DNA of 64,000 nucleotides from Candidatus Binatia bacterium (GTDB lineage: Bacteria; Desulfobacterota; Binatia; UBA1149; CAITLU01). Positions 51,023 through 62,505 of the stretch are shown one piece after another; position 1 is the stretch's first letter, and every line of letters starts with the position of its first letter. The position numbers and the translations under genes are program-made. Below the pieces are notes generated by a model. It did no database searches. It was given only the letters and a program-made list of their open reading frames with translations, and was not told the origin of the DNA. The stretch spans positions 23,811-87,810 of the forward strand of contig DASPNH010000127.1 in NCBI GenBank assembly GCA_035626675.1. Direction: 5' to 3'.

Positions 51023-51263
51023 CCGTTTCGCGCGAGCAGCGGCGGCGGCATCCTTGCCTTCGTACGGAGGCGGGCCGGCCGCGCGCGAAGCGCGAGGTTA
51101 TAGCGTGGCAGGTGCAGGGCTGCCAGCGCCGCGGCCACGAGTTTCGGACGCGCCGAAGAGGGATCGCCGCTGCTCGGGCACCGTGTTACAGGCACCGACC
51201 ATGCCCTGCCGCACGCACCATCCGACGCGTTCCGAAGTTGCGGCTACCGAGGAGGATCTTGCG

Positions 51264-51704
51264 ATGTCGTCGACCAGCAGCGATCTGCGCAAACGGCGCG
51301 AAGCCGTCATCCGCGAGCACATGGAGACCGAGAACCGCCACGAGTTCGACCGCACGCTGAAAACCTTCAAGCAGCCGCGCTACGAGCTGGTGGCCACCGG
51401 CGACGTCTTCGACGGCCAGGAGCAGGTCGCGGCCTACTACAAGGCCAGCCGGAGTGCCTTTCCGGATCAGCGCAACGAGGTTCTCGCCTTCCATCACGCC
51501 GACGACGCCATCATCGTCGAGTTCGACCTGCTCGGTACGCACAAGGGCGAGCTGCGCGGGATCCCGCCTACCGGAAAGGAGTTTCGCTGCCGCATGATCG
51601 CGGTCTTCGAATTCGAGGGTGAGCTGATCGTGTGTGAGCGCGTCTACTACGACGCCGCCACCATCCTTCGACAGCTCGGGCTGGCGCCGGAGCTGCCGCG
51701 ATAG
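51264..51704 (+). CDS. SnoaL-like polyketide-cyclase/NTF2-fold protein (ester cyclase-like)
   Basis: A GAGGAGGA RBS lies 8 nt upstream. MSSTSSDLRKRREAVIREHMETENRHEFDRTLKTF is a typical SnoaL-like N-terminus. Confidence 0.6.
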   Translation: MSSTSSDLRKRREAVIREHMETENRHEFDRTLKTFKQPRYELVATGDVFDGQEQVAAYYKASRSAFPDQRNEVLAFHHADDAIIVEFDLLGTHKGELRGIPPTGKEFRCRMIAVFEFEGELIVCERVYYDAATILRQLGLAPELPR

Positions 51705-51717
51705 GAGCCGGCCGTCG

Positions 51718-53286
51718 TTACCTGCCTTTGCGCCCGATCGGCGTGGTCCCACGCTGCTTTGGCGGGTCGACCGTCGGCCCGACGTCCTCGCGCCGGCGGT
51801 AGGTCGATACCCCTTGGCGCGCCAGCAGCGGCCTGTCCAGCTTGCGATACTTGCGCAGCAACGTGGGCATGCCGGTCGGATGCATTCGCGAGACCAGGAT
51901 CATGTCGGGAAGGAGGCCGTCCTTGAGCGGCAGGAACCTTCCCTCTTCGCGCACCCGCTTCGTCATCATGTTGCGGATGCGCACGGGAAAGAAGCCGTAT
52001 CGCGTATGGTTGCTCGTGCGGTTGAGTGCCAGCAGATGCAATGCGCTGACGACGTAGACGCTCCTGCCGCGCTCGAGCAGCTTGCCCACGTAGGCGGCGG
52101 CGCGGCGTTGGTCGTCCAGGCCCAGGTCGCGATAGCGCTGGTAGGGACGCGACATCGTCCACGTGATGGCGGCAGTGGCCACGATGGCAATGGCGATGAT
52201 CGCCGTCACAGAGGCCGGCAGCACGCTTGCCGGCCGCCACGGGATCGCGCGTGCTGCTGCGTGCACCAGTACCGAGACCGCCCAGGCATTGGCCAGGGCG
52301 ACCATCGGCAGCAGGAAGAAACGATCGGGGAAGCCCTGGTAGTCCATCATCAGGAAGGCCAGAGCCGCGGGCGCGAGCAGGACGAGCGCAATGCGATCGG
52401 GACGGTTGCCGGCCCATGAGCGGCGCAGCCTCGGGACCAGCAGGCCGAGCGTCCACCAGGCGGCGATGGCCGCCAGGTACACCGACATCACGACGTTGCG
52501 CGGCCCGCCCGGCTCGTCCATCGAGAAAATGCGGTACAGATTCATGAGCGGGTCCGGAATCCGCTTGGGGTACTGCACCGGGAAGAGCAGGGTCTGGTAG
52601 AGCTGGTCGCCGATGGCGCCGTGCGCCAGGAAGTAGAGCTCGTAGGACAGGATCGAAATGGCGGCGCCAGCCAGCACGAGCATCGCTGCACGAACGGGTT
52701 GCACGCTGGTGACTGCGATCGCGACCATGGAAACCGGCAGCGTCAGCAGAGCAGGCTGCCAGACCAGGAAGCACGCGCCGGCAAGCGCGCCGATCAGGAG
52801 CGGGCGGCGGGCCGTCGTCGCCAATAGCCACGCCGCCAGGAAGAAGACCAGGAAGATCTTCGGGCGCGAGCCGGTCGCGGCCAGGGTGAGGTAGTCGGAA
52901 AAATACAGCATCACCGCGGGCGCGGCGCAGGCTGCCAGCCGGCTCGCGAACATCCGCCAGGCGCAGAGCCACAGCATCGGCATGACGGCGCAGGTCACGG
53001 CGATCGATACCGTCCGCGCCGCCATGACGTCGTCGCCGCCGAAATGTCTGCCGAGCCACATGGCGGCGCCCGTCAGCAGCATGCTGAGCGCGTTCTTGGG
53101 GTCGAATTCCGAAACGTGCGGGGCGATGCCGGATGCGGCGCGCTCTGCGATGTAGAAGTAGACCTGCGTGTCCACGATCATCGGCATCTGCCGCGGATTC
53201 ATCCGCCAGCACGCGATGAAGGCCGCGACCGCGAAGATCAGCAGGTAGGCGAGGTCGGAGCGTCGCAGCGTCGGCACGTCGTTCAT
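51718..53286 (-). CDS. Integral membrane glycosyltransferase-like protein (DUF2029/GT87-GT83-like)
   Basis: At least ten TM helices are followed by a C-terminal soluble region. It was preferred over the alternative 615-aa Arg/Gly-rich frame. The ATG at 53286 was verified in the sequence. Confidence 0.55.
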   Translation of the reverse strand: MNDVPTLRRSDLAYLLIFAVAAFIACWRMNPRQMPMIVDTQVYFYIAERAASGIAPHVSEFDPKNALSMLLTGAAMWLGRHFGGDDVMAARTVSIAVTCAVMPMLWLCAWRMFASRLAACAAPAVMLYFSDYLTLAATGSRPKIFLVFFLAAWLLATTARRPLLIGALAGACFLVWQPALLTLPVSMVAIAVTSVQPVRAAMLVLAGAAISILSYELYFLAHGAIGDQLYQTLLFPVQYPKRIPDPLMNLYRIFSMDEPGGPRNVVMSVYLAAIAAWWTLGLLVPRLRRSWAGNRPDRIALVLLAPAALAFLMMDYQGFPDRFFLLPMVALANAWAVSVLVHAAARAIPWRPASVLPASVTAIIAIAIVATAAITWTMSRPYQRYRDLGLDDQRRAAAYVGKLLERGRSVYVVSALHLLALNRTSNHTRYGFFPVRIRNMMTKRVREEGRFLPLKDGLLPDMILVSRMHPTGMPTLLRKYRKLDRPLLARQGVSTYRRREDVGPTVDPPKQRGTTPIGRKGR

Positions 53287-53360
53287 GGGGCGGTGTTTCG
53301 CAGAGGTGCGGTTTCGAGCGCCGTCCCGACAGTCTATACAAGCCCCGTAACGCTCCGACA

Positions 53361-54758
53361 ATGAGACGATCGTTCCAAAAGCTCGCTGCGTCGGTGGCTG
53401 CGGCCGCGTCGATCATGGCGGTTGCCGCCGCCTTGGCCACCAGCATCTCGTGCAGCTCGGGCGCCGACACGGAAAGGCATCCGGTCTTCGTCATCGGAGT
53501 GGACGGCCTGGAGTGGCGGCTCGTGCTCGATCTGATGCGTCAGGATCGGATGCCGAACCTTGCCAGGCTGCTCGAGCGCGGCCGCTTCGGAACCGTCGGG
53601 ACCATGCATCCGAGCCTGTCGCCGGTCATCTGGACCACCGTGGCCACGGGTGTGACGCCTTCCGAGCACGGCATCCGGAGCTTCGTCAAGGCCGGCGGCA
53701 AGCTCTTCACCAACCGTGACCGCCGCGCCAAGGCGGTCTGGAACGTGGCCGGCGACCATGGCCGTCGCTCCGTGGTGATCGGATGGTGGATGACGTTTCC
53801 GGTCGAGCCCGTCGACGGGATCATGGTCGCGCAGGTGAACACCTCGGTGGGCGCCGGCCGCAGTCCCGATGCCATCTACAAGGGCGGCCTGGTGCAGGAC
53901 CGCAAGCATCAGGTGCATCCTCCCGAGCTCGCTCCGCGCATGCTCGGAGTGGCCGCCGAGGTCGACCGGAATCTGCCCGAGATCGCCGACGCGATTTTCG
54001 CTGCGCCAGCCGAGCCGCATCCGGACGTCGAGAAGCTCTGGAAGCAGAGCATGTGGTCGGTGCGAGCCGACGCGACATACGAGCGCATCGCCATCGAAGC
54101 GCTGGAAGTGGAGCCGGACGCCGACCTGTTCATGGTGTACTTCGGCGGCACCGACGTCCTCGGCCACCGCTTCTGGCGATGGGCCTACCCGCAGGACTTC
54201 CGCTTTCCGCCCTCCAAGCAGAGCCTGGAGGCATACGGCTCGGTGATGTCGGACTACTATCGCCACACCGATGGCGTCATCGGCCGCATCGTCGAGGCGG
54301 CGCCGTCCGACGCGACCATCATCGTGGTCAGCGACCACGGGATGGGAGCGGCCAATCGCAGGTCGCCTTTCGACCCTGACGCCAAGGGAATGAAGAGCCG
54401 CTCGGGATCTCATGGCCGCAGCGAGGCGCTGTTCGTGGTGGCCGGTCCGTCGGTCCGCGCGGACGACTCGGCGCCCGCGCCCGCCGATCTTCGCATGCGC
54501 GACATCGCCGATCTGGGTTCCATCTTCGACGTCGCTCCCACCGTCCTGGCGCTGCTGGACCTGCCCGTGGGCCGCGACATGCGCGGCAAGGTCATGACCG
54601 AGCTGTTCGATCCAGCCTTCTTCGCAAAGCACCCGGTGCGGATGGTCGAATCGCACACGCCCAAGGGATGGCATCGAAGACGCGAGCTGCCGCCCGACGA
54701 GACACCGGCCGAACAGGAAAGGCTCGAGCAGCTGCGCTCGCTCGGCTACATCCAATAG
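53361..54758 (+). CDS. Type I phosphodiesterase / nucleotide pyrophosphatase (alkaline-phosphatase superfamily) lipoprotein
   Basis: The lipoprotein signal is ...AAALATSISCSS. VFVIGVDGLEW and IIVVSDHGMG are conserved PF01663 metal-site motifs. Confidence 0.7.
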   Translation: MRRSFQKLAASVAAAASIMAVAAALATSISCSSGADTERHPVFVIGVDGLEWRLVLDLMRQDRMPNLARLLERGRFGTVGTMHPSLSPVIWTTVATGVTPSEHGIRSFVKAGGKLFTNRDRRAKAVWNVAGDHGRRSVVIGWWMTFPVEPVDGIMVAQVNTSVGAGRSPDAIYKGGLVQDRKHQVHPPELAPRMLGVAAEVDRNLPEIADAIFAAPAEPHPDVEKLWKQSMWSVRADATYERIAIEALEVEPDADLFMVYFGGTDVLGHRFWRWAYPQDFRFPPSKQSLEAYGSVMSDYYRHTDGVIGRIVEAAPSDATIIVVSDHGMGAANRRSPFDPDAKGMKSRSGSHGRSEALFVVAGPSVRADDSAPAPADLRMRDIADLGSIFDVAPTVLALLDLPVGRDMRGKVMTELFDPAFFAKHPVRMVESHTPKGWHRRRELPPDETPAEQERLEQLRSLGYIQ

Positions 54759-54784
54759 ATAGGGGTTACATGGGAAAAGGGGGC

Positions 54785-54808
54785 AGGCACCTTTCCGAAA
54801 AGGCGCCT
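54785..54808. terminator. Candidate bidirectional hairpin between convergent genes
   Basis: aggcacctttccgaaaaggcgcct forms an interrupted roughly 9-bp stem. The call is weak. Confidence 0.25.
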
Positions 54809-54818
54809 GACCCTTTGG

Positions 54819-56218
<1,400 letters not shown>

Positions 56219-56219
<1 letters not shown>

Positions 56220-56761
56220 CACGGCAGCTCCTCGATGGTCAGCTGTCCGTTGGTAAAGACGCAGATCGCCGCCGCGACGCGCATGGACTCTTCGGCAATG
56301 GCGCGCGGCTCGAGCTCGGTGTGCGTGACCAGGGCGCGGGCGGCGGCCAGTGCGAAGTTGCCCCCCGACCCGATGGCCACGATGCCGTCGTCGGGCTCGA
56401 TGACGTCGCCGGCGCCCGTGATCAGCAGCGTTGCGGTGACGTCGGCGACGACGAGCATGGCATCGAGGCGCCTGAGCATGCGGTCGCTGCGCCAGTCCTT
56501 GGCCAGTTCCACCGCGGCGCGCGACAGGTTGCCGCTGTACTTGTCGAGCTTGCCCTCGAAACGTTCGAACAGCGTCAGCGCATCGGCCGTGGCGCCGGCG
56601 AAACCGCCCAGCACCTTGCCGCCGTGCAGCCGCCGCACCTTGCGCGCCGAGCCTTTGAGGATGGTGTTGCCGGCGCTGACCTGACCGTCTCCGGCCATGA
56701 CGACGCGCTGCTGCCGGCGCACCGCAAGAATGGTCGTCCCGTGAATGGCCTCGGTCGTCAC
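56219..56761 (-). CDS. hslV: ATP-dependent protease peptidase subunit HslV
   Basis: [21 protein letters not shown] shows the N-terminal Thr nucleophile after Met removal. GSGGNFA is present. The GTG start is at 56761. Confidence 0.9.
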
Positions 56762-56894
56762 GCATCGACCTTTGCCGATTTGGTGACCGATTGCCAGTCA
56801 GCGTGCGGCCGACCGACCATGTGCGGCGTGGCATCTTCGCGCACGCTTGCGCTACCGCCGTCGCTCGCTCGGCGCGACGCCGCACGGCGCGCTG

Positions 56895-57896
56895 TCAGGA
56901 CCGGGGATGAGCCTTGTCGTACACGGCCGACAGCCGTGCCAGCTCCAGATGCGTATAGCGCTGTGTGGTCGCGATCGAGGCGTGGCCGAGCATCTCCTGG
57001 ATCGCGCGCAGGTCGGCACCGCTCTCGAGCAGATGTGTGGCGAAGGAATGTCGCAGCGAATGCGGCGTGGCATGCGTGACGATGCCGGCCGCACGCAGAT
57101 GACGTTCGACGATGCGTCCGACGCTGCGCGTGGTCAGGCGTCCGCCCTTGGCGTTGAGGAACACGGCCTGCTCGTCGCGTCGCGGCCCCGGCCATGCGTC
57201 GCGGTACGCACGCAGCGCGTGCAGGGCGTCGGCACCGATGGGCACGACGCGTTCCTTGTTGCCCTTGCCGCGCACGCGCGCCACGCCGATGCCTTCGTGG
57301 ATGGCGCTCCAGCTCAGGCCCACCGCTTCGGCAGCGCGAAGGCCGCACGAGTACAGCACCTCGAGCAGGGCGCGGTCGCGGCGTCCCAACACCGTGGCCG
57401 CATCGGGCGCGCCCAGCAGCCGGCCGAGGTCGTCGACGGACAGATGCACGGGGAGCATGCGCGGAACCTTGGGCGCCGAGACGGCTTCGGAGGGATTGGC
57501 GAGCTTTCCGTCGCGCGCCACCCACGCGAAGAATGCACGCAGCGCAGCCAGCTTGCGAGCCGACGTCGCGCGCGAGAAGTTGCGCATCCTGGCGGCGAGG
57601 AAGGATCGGATCGCCGCGACGCCCGCCGCCACCACGTGGGCCGCATCCGGGGACTCGTCGCTGACCTCGCCGCGCTCGGCCAGGAACTCCAGGAACTGTC
57701 GCAAGTCGGTTCGGTAGGCGCGCCGCGTATTGGCCGAAAGCCCGGCCTCGCTGCGAAGGGCACGGTCGAAGGCGTCCAGCAGCGGCCAATTGCCGGGCCT
57801 GCGCTGCACCGGCGTCTGGGGAGTGGCCTCTGGCGCCGGCTCAGGGCTTGTCTGGTCTGCTTCGGACGTCACGGTGCCCATGGTATCAACCGGCAT
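56895..57896 (-). CDS. xerC: Tyrosine recombinase XerC
   Basis: The core binding domain is LLDAFDRALRSEAGLSANTRRAY. The catalytic motifs are the box I Arg (ELLYSCGLRAAEA), HSLRHSFATHLL and GHASIATTQRYTHL. It sits upstream of hslVU as in many proteobacteria. The true start may be internal (around 57800), since the annotated N-terminus overlaps the divergent hydrolase start. Confidence 0.85.
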   Translation of the reverse strand: MPVDTMGTVTSEADQTSPEPAPEATPQTPVQRRPGNWPLLDAFDRALRSEAGLSANTRRAYRTDLRQFLEFLAERGEVSDESPDAAHVVAAGVAAIRSFLAARMRNFSRATSARKLAALRAFFAWVARDGKLANPSEAVSAPKVPRMLPVHLSVDDLGRLLGAPDAATVLGRRDRALLEVLYSCGLRAAEAVGLSWSAIHEGIGVARVRGKGNKERVVPIGADALHALRAYRDAWPGPRRDEQAVFLNAKGGRLTTRSVGRIVERHLRAAGIVTHATPHSLRHSFATHLLESGADLRAIQEMLGHASIATTQRYTHLELARLSAVYDKAHPRS

Positions 57897-58827
57897 CGTG
57901 AGCGCACAACACGAAGTGCCCACATCGCGCATCGCCGGCGAGAGCGTCGAGTTCCCGTCGCGGCGCGGAAACCGTCTGGTGGGCGATCTTCATCGCGTCG
58001 GCTCGGGCGCCGGTCGCTGGCTGGTCCTGTGTCACGGCATGGAGTCGACGCGCGGCGGCACCAAGCAGCTGGCCATCGTCGAGCGCATGGTTCCGCTCGG
58101 CTTCAACGTCCTGCGTTTCGACTTCTCCTACGTCGGCGACTCCGAAGGCGACTACGAGGATCTGACCGTCAGCGGCGAAGTCGGCGACGCCCTGGGTGCT
58201 CTCGACTTCATGGGTGAGTTCGGCGCCACCGATTGCACGCTGGTCGGCTCGAGCCTGGGAGGACTGGTGGCTCTTCTGGCGGCCTCGCAGGCTGCGCACG
58301 CGGTCAGCCGCGTGGCCACCATCGCCGCCGTGGCCGATACGCGCCTGTTCACCGAGACGCTGACCGAGAAGGCGATCGCCGACTGGCGCCGCCGAGGCCG
58401 CCATCGCATCGGCTCGTCGTTCCTCAAGCCCAGCTTCCTCGACGACGTGCTGCGCATCGATGCACCGTCGGCGTTCTCCAGGATCACGATGCCCCTGCTG
58501 GTCATGCACGGCGATGCCGACACGGTCGTTCCCGCCTCCCATGCGCAGATCATCGCTGCCAGCGTCTGCGGGCCGGTGCGCGTCGAGATGTTTCCCGGCG
58601 TCGGCCACCGATTCGAGGAGCCGGGCGCGCTCGGCCGTCTGCTCGACCTGCTCGAAGGCTGGGTGATGGGCGAGGGGACCGAGGCGGAGATGCAGCAGCG
58701 TCCCGCAGGGGCGCAAGGGACCGGGCCGGCGACGCAGACTCGCGTTGCCGAAGCTCGAGCGGACGATCCGGCAGCGAAGGCTCGCGCGTCGACGCCGAAA
58801 GCCGCGCGCGCAACCAAGGGGCGCTGA
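57880..58827 (+). CDS. Alpha/beta-hydrolase fold protein
   Basis: The nucleophile elbow is GSSLGG. LLVMHGDADTVVP and VGHRFE are consistent with a Ser-Asp-His triad. A low-complexity C-terminal tail is present. Confidence 0.7.
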   Translation: MVSTGIVSAQHEVPTSRIAGESVEFPSRRGNRLVGDLHRVGSGAGRWLVLCHGMESTRGGTKQLAIVERMVPLGFNVLRFDFSYVGDSEGDYEDLTVSGEVGDALGALDFMGEFGATDCTLVGSSLGGLVALLAASQAAHAVSRVATIAAVADTRLFTETLTEKAIADWRRRGRHRIGSSFLKPSFLDDVLRIDAPSAFSRITMPLLVMHGDADTVVPASHAQIIAASVCGPVRVEMFPGVGHRFEEPGALGRLLDLLEGWVMGEGTEAEMQQRPAGAQGTGPATQTRVAEARADDPAAKARASTPKAARATKGR

Positions 58828-58830
58828 GCC

Positions 58831-59133
58831 GTGCCCGACCTCGTCGTCATCTGTCACTCGTGCGGCTCGCGTACCACGTTCGACGGCGTGGTCGGTCGCA
58901 GCGCACGCTGCGACCGGTGCGGGCTGGATCTTCGCTGCTGCCGCACCTGCCGCTTTCACGACGCGTCGGCGTACAACGAATGCGCCGAGCCGTCGGCCGA
59001 GCGTGTCGTCGAGAAGGACCGCGCCAACTTCTGCGACTACTACAGCCCGCGCCAGCAAGGCGCCGCAGCCGCCGCGACGGCGGCTTCCTCGGACGCGCAG
59101 AGCGCGCTCGACAACCTCTTCCGCAAAGGCTGA
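58831..59133 (+). CDS. Cys-rich zinc-ribbon protein, unknown function
   Basis: The GTG start lies 3 nt after the hydrolase stop. The Cys pattern is CHSC...CDRC...CCRTC...C...C. Confidence 0.45.
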   Translation: MPDLVVICHSCGSRTTFDGVVGRSARCDRCGLDLRCCRTCRFHDASAYNECAEPSAERVVEKDRANFCDYYSPRQQGAAAAATAASSDAQSALDNLFRKG

Positions 59134-59138
59134 CCGAC

Positions 59139-59540
59139 ATGCGAACCACACTGCTTCTGTGCGTGATGCTGGCGGCCTTCGCTCCGGCGTGCTCGAGCGA
59201 GGACAGCACGGCCGCCGGCACCGCCGAGGCGTTCCTCGACGACCACTACGTGCGCATCCACCTGACCAGCGCGCTGGAGTACACGACCGATCTCGCCCGC
59301 CAGAAGGTCGAGAAGGAGATCGAGCTGGCGCGCAACTCCGACATCGACGCCGAGACCTCCAAGCCCCATGTTTCCTACACGCAAAAGCTGGCCCGCGAAG
59401 ACGGGCAGCGCGCGACCTTCGAGTACGAGCTCTTGATCCGCCCCGATGGCATGGAGCCTTTTCGCCGCCTGGTCCTGGTGGTGCTCAAGTCGACCGGCGA
59501 CGTGTGGCGAGTCACCAACTTCTCCGAGAAGACGGATTGA
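59139..59540 (+). CDS. Small lipoprotein (133 aa)
   Basis: MRTTLLLCVMLAAFAPACSSE carries a lipobox (APAC). It lies 5 nt after the preceding gene. Confidence 0.55.
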   Translation: MRTTLLLCVMLAAFAPACSSEDSTAAGTAEAFLDDHYVRIHLTSALEYTTDLARQKVEKEIELARNSDIDAETSKPHVSYTQKLAREDGQRATFEYELLIRPDGMEPFRRLVLVVLKSTGDVWRVTNFSEKTD

Positions 59541-59597
59541 GTTTCTCGCCGGCGAACCAATAGACCGCGCCGTCCATCAACCGCCGAGCCTTTAAGC

Positions 59598-59620
59598 TTT
59601 AAGGGGACAGTCCCCTTAAA
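59598..59620. repeat. 23-bp perfect palindrome TTTAAGGGGACAGTCCCCTTAAA (copy 3, central base differs)
   Basis: It sits between the convergent lipoprotein and enoyl-CoA hydratase genes. The arms are identical to copies 1 and 2. Confidence 0.85.
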
Positions 59621-59690
59621 GCCCTCAGACCGCCGTGGGCACCGGCGCCGTGTCTTGAATCGCAAGTAGTCGACGACGCGCGCCACCGCG

Positions 59691-60479
59691 TCAGCGGCCG
59701 GTGAAGACGGGTGCGCGTTTTTCGCGCATGGCGCGGATTCCTTCGGCGGCGTCTTCGGTTGCGAATGTCGCGGCCTGTACGCTCGCCTCGCGCGTCAGTG
59801 CGTCGTCGAGCGAGCGCTGTTCGGTGGCCGAAAGGGTCTGTTTCAATCCGCGCACCGCGATCGGTGCGGCGGCAGCAATGGCGGCTGCCATCTCTTCGAC
59901 GACGGCGTCGAAGTCGTCGCCGCCGATGCGGTTCACCAGGCCGATCGACAGCGCCTCCTCGGCGCCGACCATGCGGCCCGAGTAGAGCAGATCGGCGGCG
60001 CGGCTCGGGCCGATCAGCCGCGGCAGCGTCCACGTTGCCGCCATGCCGGGATGGATGCCGAGCCGTACGAAAGTCATGCCGACCTTGGCGTCGCGGTGCA
60101 TGACGCGAAGATCGGCGCCCAGTGCGAAGCAGAGGCCGGCGCCCACGGCATGCCCGTTGATGGCGGCGATGGAGGGGACCGCGAGCTGGCGGATCGAGAG
60201 GAACGCGCGATAGAAGTTCTCGCTGCCGCCCAGGCCTTCCTCGTCGCCGCCCGCGCCCGTTTCCGCGCCGAGCGTGCGCAGGTCGGCGCCCGAGCAGAAG
60301 CCCTTGCCCTCGCCGCGAACGACTACGACGCGTACGGCCGGATCAGCATTGATCTCGGCCACCGCGCGCATCATCTCGCGCCCCATCCTGGGCGTCATTG
60401 CATTGCGTTCGACTGGCCGATGGAGCGTGATGCGACCGATGCCGCCGGAGGTGTCGACCACAATCTGCTCGTAGGACAT
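59691..60479 (-). CDS. Enoyl-CoA hydratase/isomerase (crotonase family)
   Basis: The oxyanion-hole motifs GKGFCSGADL and AINGHAVGAGLCFALGAD are present. The ATG is at 60479. Confidence 0.85.
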   Translation of the reverse strand: MSYEQIVVDTSGGIGRITLHRPVERNAMTPRMGREMMRAVAEINADPAVRVVVVRGEGKGFCSGADLRTLGAETGAGGDEEGLGGSENFYRAFLSIRQLAVPSIAAINGHAVGAGLCFALGADLRVMHRDAKVGMTFVRLGIHPGMAATWTLPRLIGPSRAADLLYSGRMVGAEEALSIGLVNRIGGDDFDAVVEEMAAAIAAAAPIAVRGLKQTLSATEQRSLDDALTREASVQAATFATEDAAEGIRAMREKRAPVFTGR

Positions 60480-60582
60480 TTTTTGCTCCCTCCGCGGCCG
60501 GTCAGTATGATCCGCGTCCACTAACGCGCTGAATTTCGCCAGTCAAAGCAGCCGGCAATGCGGCGCTTCCGGGAAACACCAC

Positions 60583-62505
60583 ATGAAGACGTTCGTGCCG
60601 ACCTGTCTGGCCCTGACCACCTTCCTCCTGACGCTTCCAACTCGCACCGATGCGCAGCCCGCCGATCACGGCGGCGTCGTTGCGCAGCAGGCGGTCGCGG
60701 CTCCGGGCCTGGCGAGCTGGCAGAAGCTGCTCGGAGAAAAAATCGCACCGTCGCGCATCGAAGCGCTCCAACGTGCATTTCGGCTCTCCGACGGATCGGA
60801 CCTCGCTGCCCGTTTCCAGCCCGATCCTTCCTCTCCCACACCGCGCATGGTCGCCGACAATCTGTCGCTCGACTTCCATCTCATCGACGGATCGACCTTC
60901 CACGTCGATTCGGCGCGCATCCTTTTGGAGCCATCGGCCGACGGACGCTCGCTGCGCTTCGAGGCCGGCGGCTCGGCCTTTGGCGGCGCTGCGCTGAAGA
61001 CCGAGGGCACCGTCGCGTGGGGAGCAGGGCCCTTTGGCGGCGACAAGCTCACGGGCAAGCTCTCCGTTGCCGGCGCCGACGTCGCCGCTGTGCGCGCCGC
61101 GTTTCCCAAACGCTTCGATCCCTCGTTCACCGGCAAGATGACCGTGGACGTTCAAGGCGACGGCGTCGTGGCCGAGAAGACGACCGAGGATGCGCCCGCC
61201 ACTCCGCTGCGCGGCAAGCTCTCCGGCAGCATCGACTGGAGCCTGCTCGGCCGCACCAGCCCCATGCAGTTCGCCACCGACTTCTCGCTCGACGATCGCA
61301 TGGTGCGCATCAGTGCCGGCCGCATGAGCTGGCAGAACCTCACGCTCGAGCCCGTCATCGGCACGGTTGGAGTCTGGACCAACTCGGAGTTTCGACTGTC
61401 GGGCCAGTTCCGCGACGTCGACGTCGCGGCTGCTGCTGCGCATTGGAACGTGCCCGAGCAGTGGAGGCCGCAGACCAGGATCACCGGCAAGATCGATTTC
61501 TACGGAACGCCCGGCAGCTCCTTCATCGCTCACGAGGCCCGGGCCGATTCGATGTTCTTGCCTGCGATGGCCGGCTTCGGCGTGCGCACGGCCAAATCGA
61601 CCATCAATGGCCGGCTTGCGGCGATCAACGGCGTGGTCACCGCAAGCGTCCGTTCCGACAAGCTCCAGATCGGCACCATCGATCTGGGCGCCGCCAGCTT
61701 CGGCGTCACCTACTTCCGCGATCAGCTTCAGGTCAACATCGCCAACACGAGGATCTGGAATGCCGATGCGGTCGCCTCCGCAAGCTACCGTCCGGTGGAG
61801 CACCCTGCCGCGAAGTTCGGCGGCAAGATCGGGCCGATCGCCGCAGCTGAAGTCGCTGCACGCCTGGCACCGCATCTGAAGCTGGACGTGGACGGCTTTG
61901 CCGAAGTCGCGTTCCGCGCGGGCCAGGACATGGAGTCGAAGAAGTATTTCGCCGGCCGCGCTGGCATTCGCAATGCACGCTGGGGCAGCGACAACCTCTT
62001 CGAGAAGCTCCTGGCCGCGCTGGCTGCAGCCGACCCCGCGCTGGCGTCCAAGGCGGCGACCGACATGCTTCCTCGTCACAAGTCGGGCAGGGGAACTCCG
62101 GCGGAACGGTTGCTGTTCGCTTTCGCCGAGCGCGACGGCGCCGAGTACGAGATCGGCGGCGTGCTGGTGCGGTCCGGTGATCTGCAGCTCGAAGCCGACG
62201 GGCGAATGACCAAGGACGGGATGCTCGAGATGCAAGGACACGTCCATCTGCCGGTGCCGTTGGCGAAGGTGCTGGTGCAGTCCGCTGCCTGGCTCGAGGC
62301 CCTGCAGGTGGCCGAGGATGTCGGTTTGTACGTCCCGGTGCGCATCACGGGCACCGCCGCCGCGCCGGTCGTCGCGCTGGCGCCGGAGTACCTGGAGCTG
62401 GTCGCGCAGGCCAAGGCAGGCAAGCCGGTGGAGGCGCCGCGCTACGTGCCGGTCAATGCGCTTGCCGATGAGCAGCTTCCCTCGCTGGCCCTCGACGTCG
62501 AGTGA
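60583..62505 (+). CDS. Exported AsmA-like/DUF748-like protein
   Basis: The signal peptide is MKTFVPTCLALTTFLLTLPTRTDA. A long beta-rich body follows, with a C-terminal AsmA-like segment. Confidence 0.55.
   Translation: MKTFVPTCLALTTFLLTLPTRTDAQPADHGGVVAQQAVAAPGLASWQKLLGEKIAPSRIEALQRAFRLSDGSDLAARFQPDPSSPTPRMVADNLSLDFHLIDGSTFHVDSARILLEPSADGRSLRFEAGGSAFGGAALKTEGTVAWGAGPFGGDKLTGKLSVAGADVAAVRAAFPKRFDPSFTGKMTVDVQGDGVVAEKTTEDAPATPLRGKLSGSIDWSLLGRTSPMQFATDFSLDDRMVRISAGRMSWQNLTLEPVIGTVGVWTNSEFRLSGQFRDVDVAAAAAHWNVPEQWRPQTRITGKIDFYGTPGSSFIAHEARADSMFLPAMAGFGVRTAKSTINGRLAAINGVVTASVRSDKLQIGTIDLGAASFGVTYFRDQLQVNIANTRIWNADAVASASYRPVEHPAAKFGGKIGPIAAAEVAARLAPHLKLDVDGFAEVAFRAGQDMESKKYFAGRAGIRNARWGSDNLFEKLLAALAAADPALASKAATDMLPRHKSGRGTPAERLLFAFAERDGAEYEIGGVLVRSGDLQLEADGRMTKDGMLEMQGHVHLPVPLAKVLVQSAAWLEALQVAEDVGLYVPVRITGTAAAPVVALAPEYLELVAQAKAGKPVEAPRYVPVNALADEQLPSLALDVE

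Noticed and set aside
51647-53494. 615-aa minus-strand ORF
   Set aside because: It is the competing frame of the DUF2029-like membrane protein. The chosen frame has regularly spaced hydrophobic helices, whereas this one is Arg/Gly-rich.
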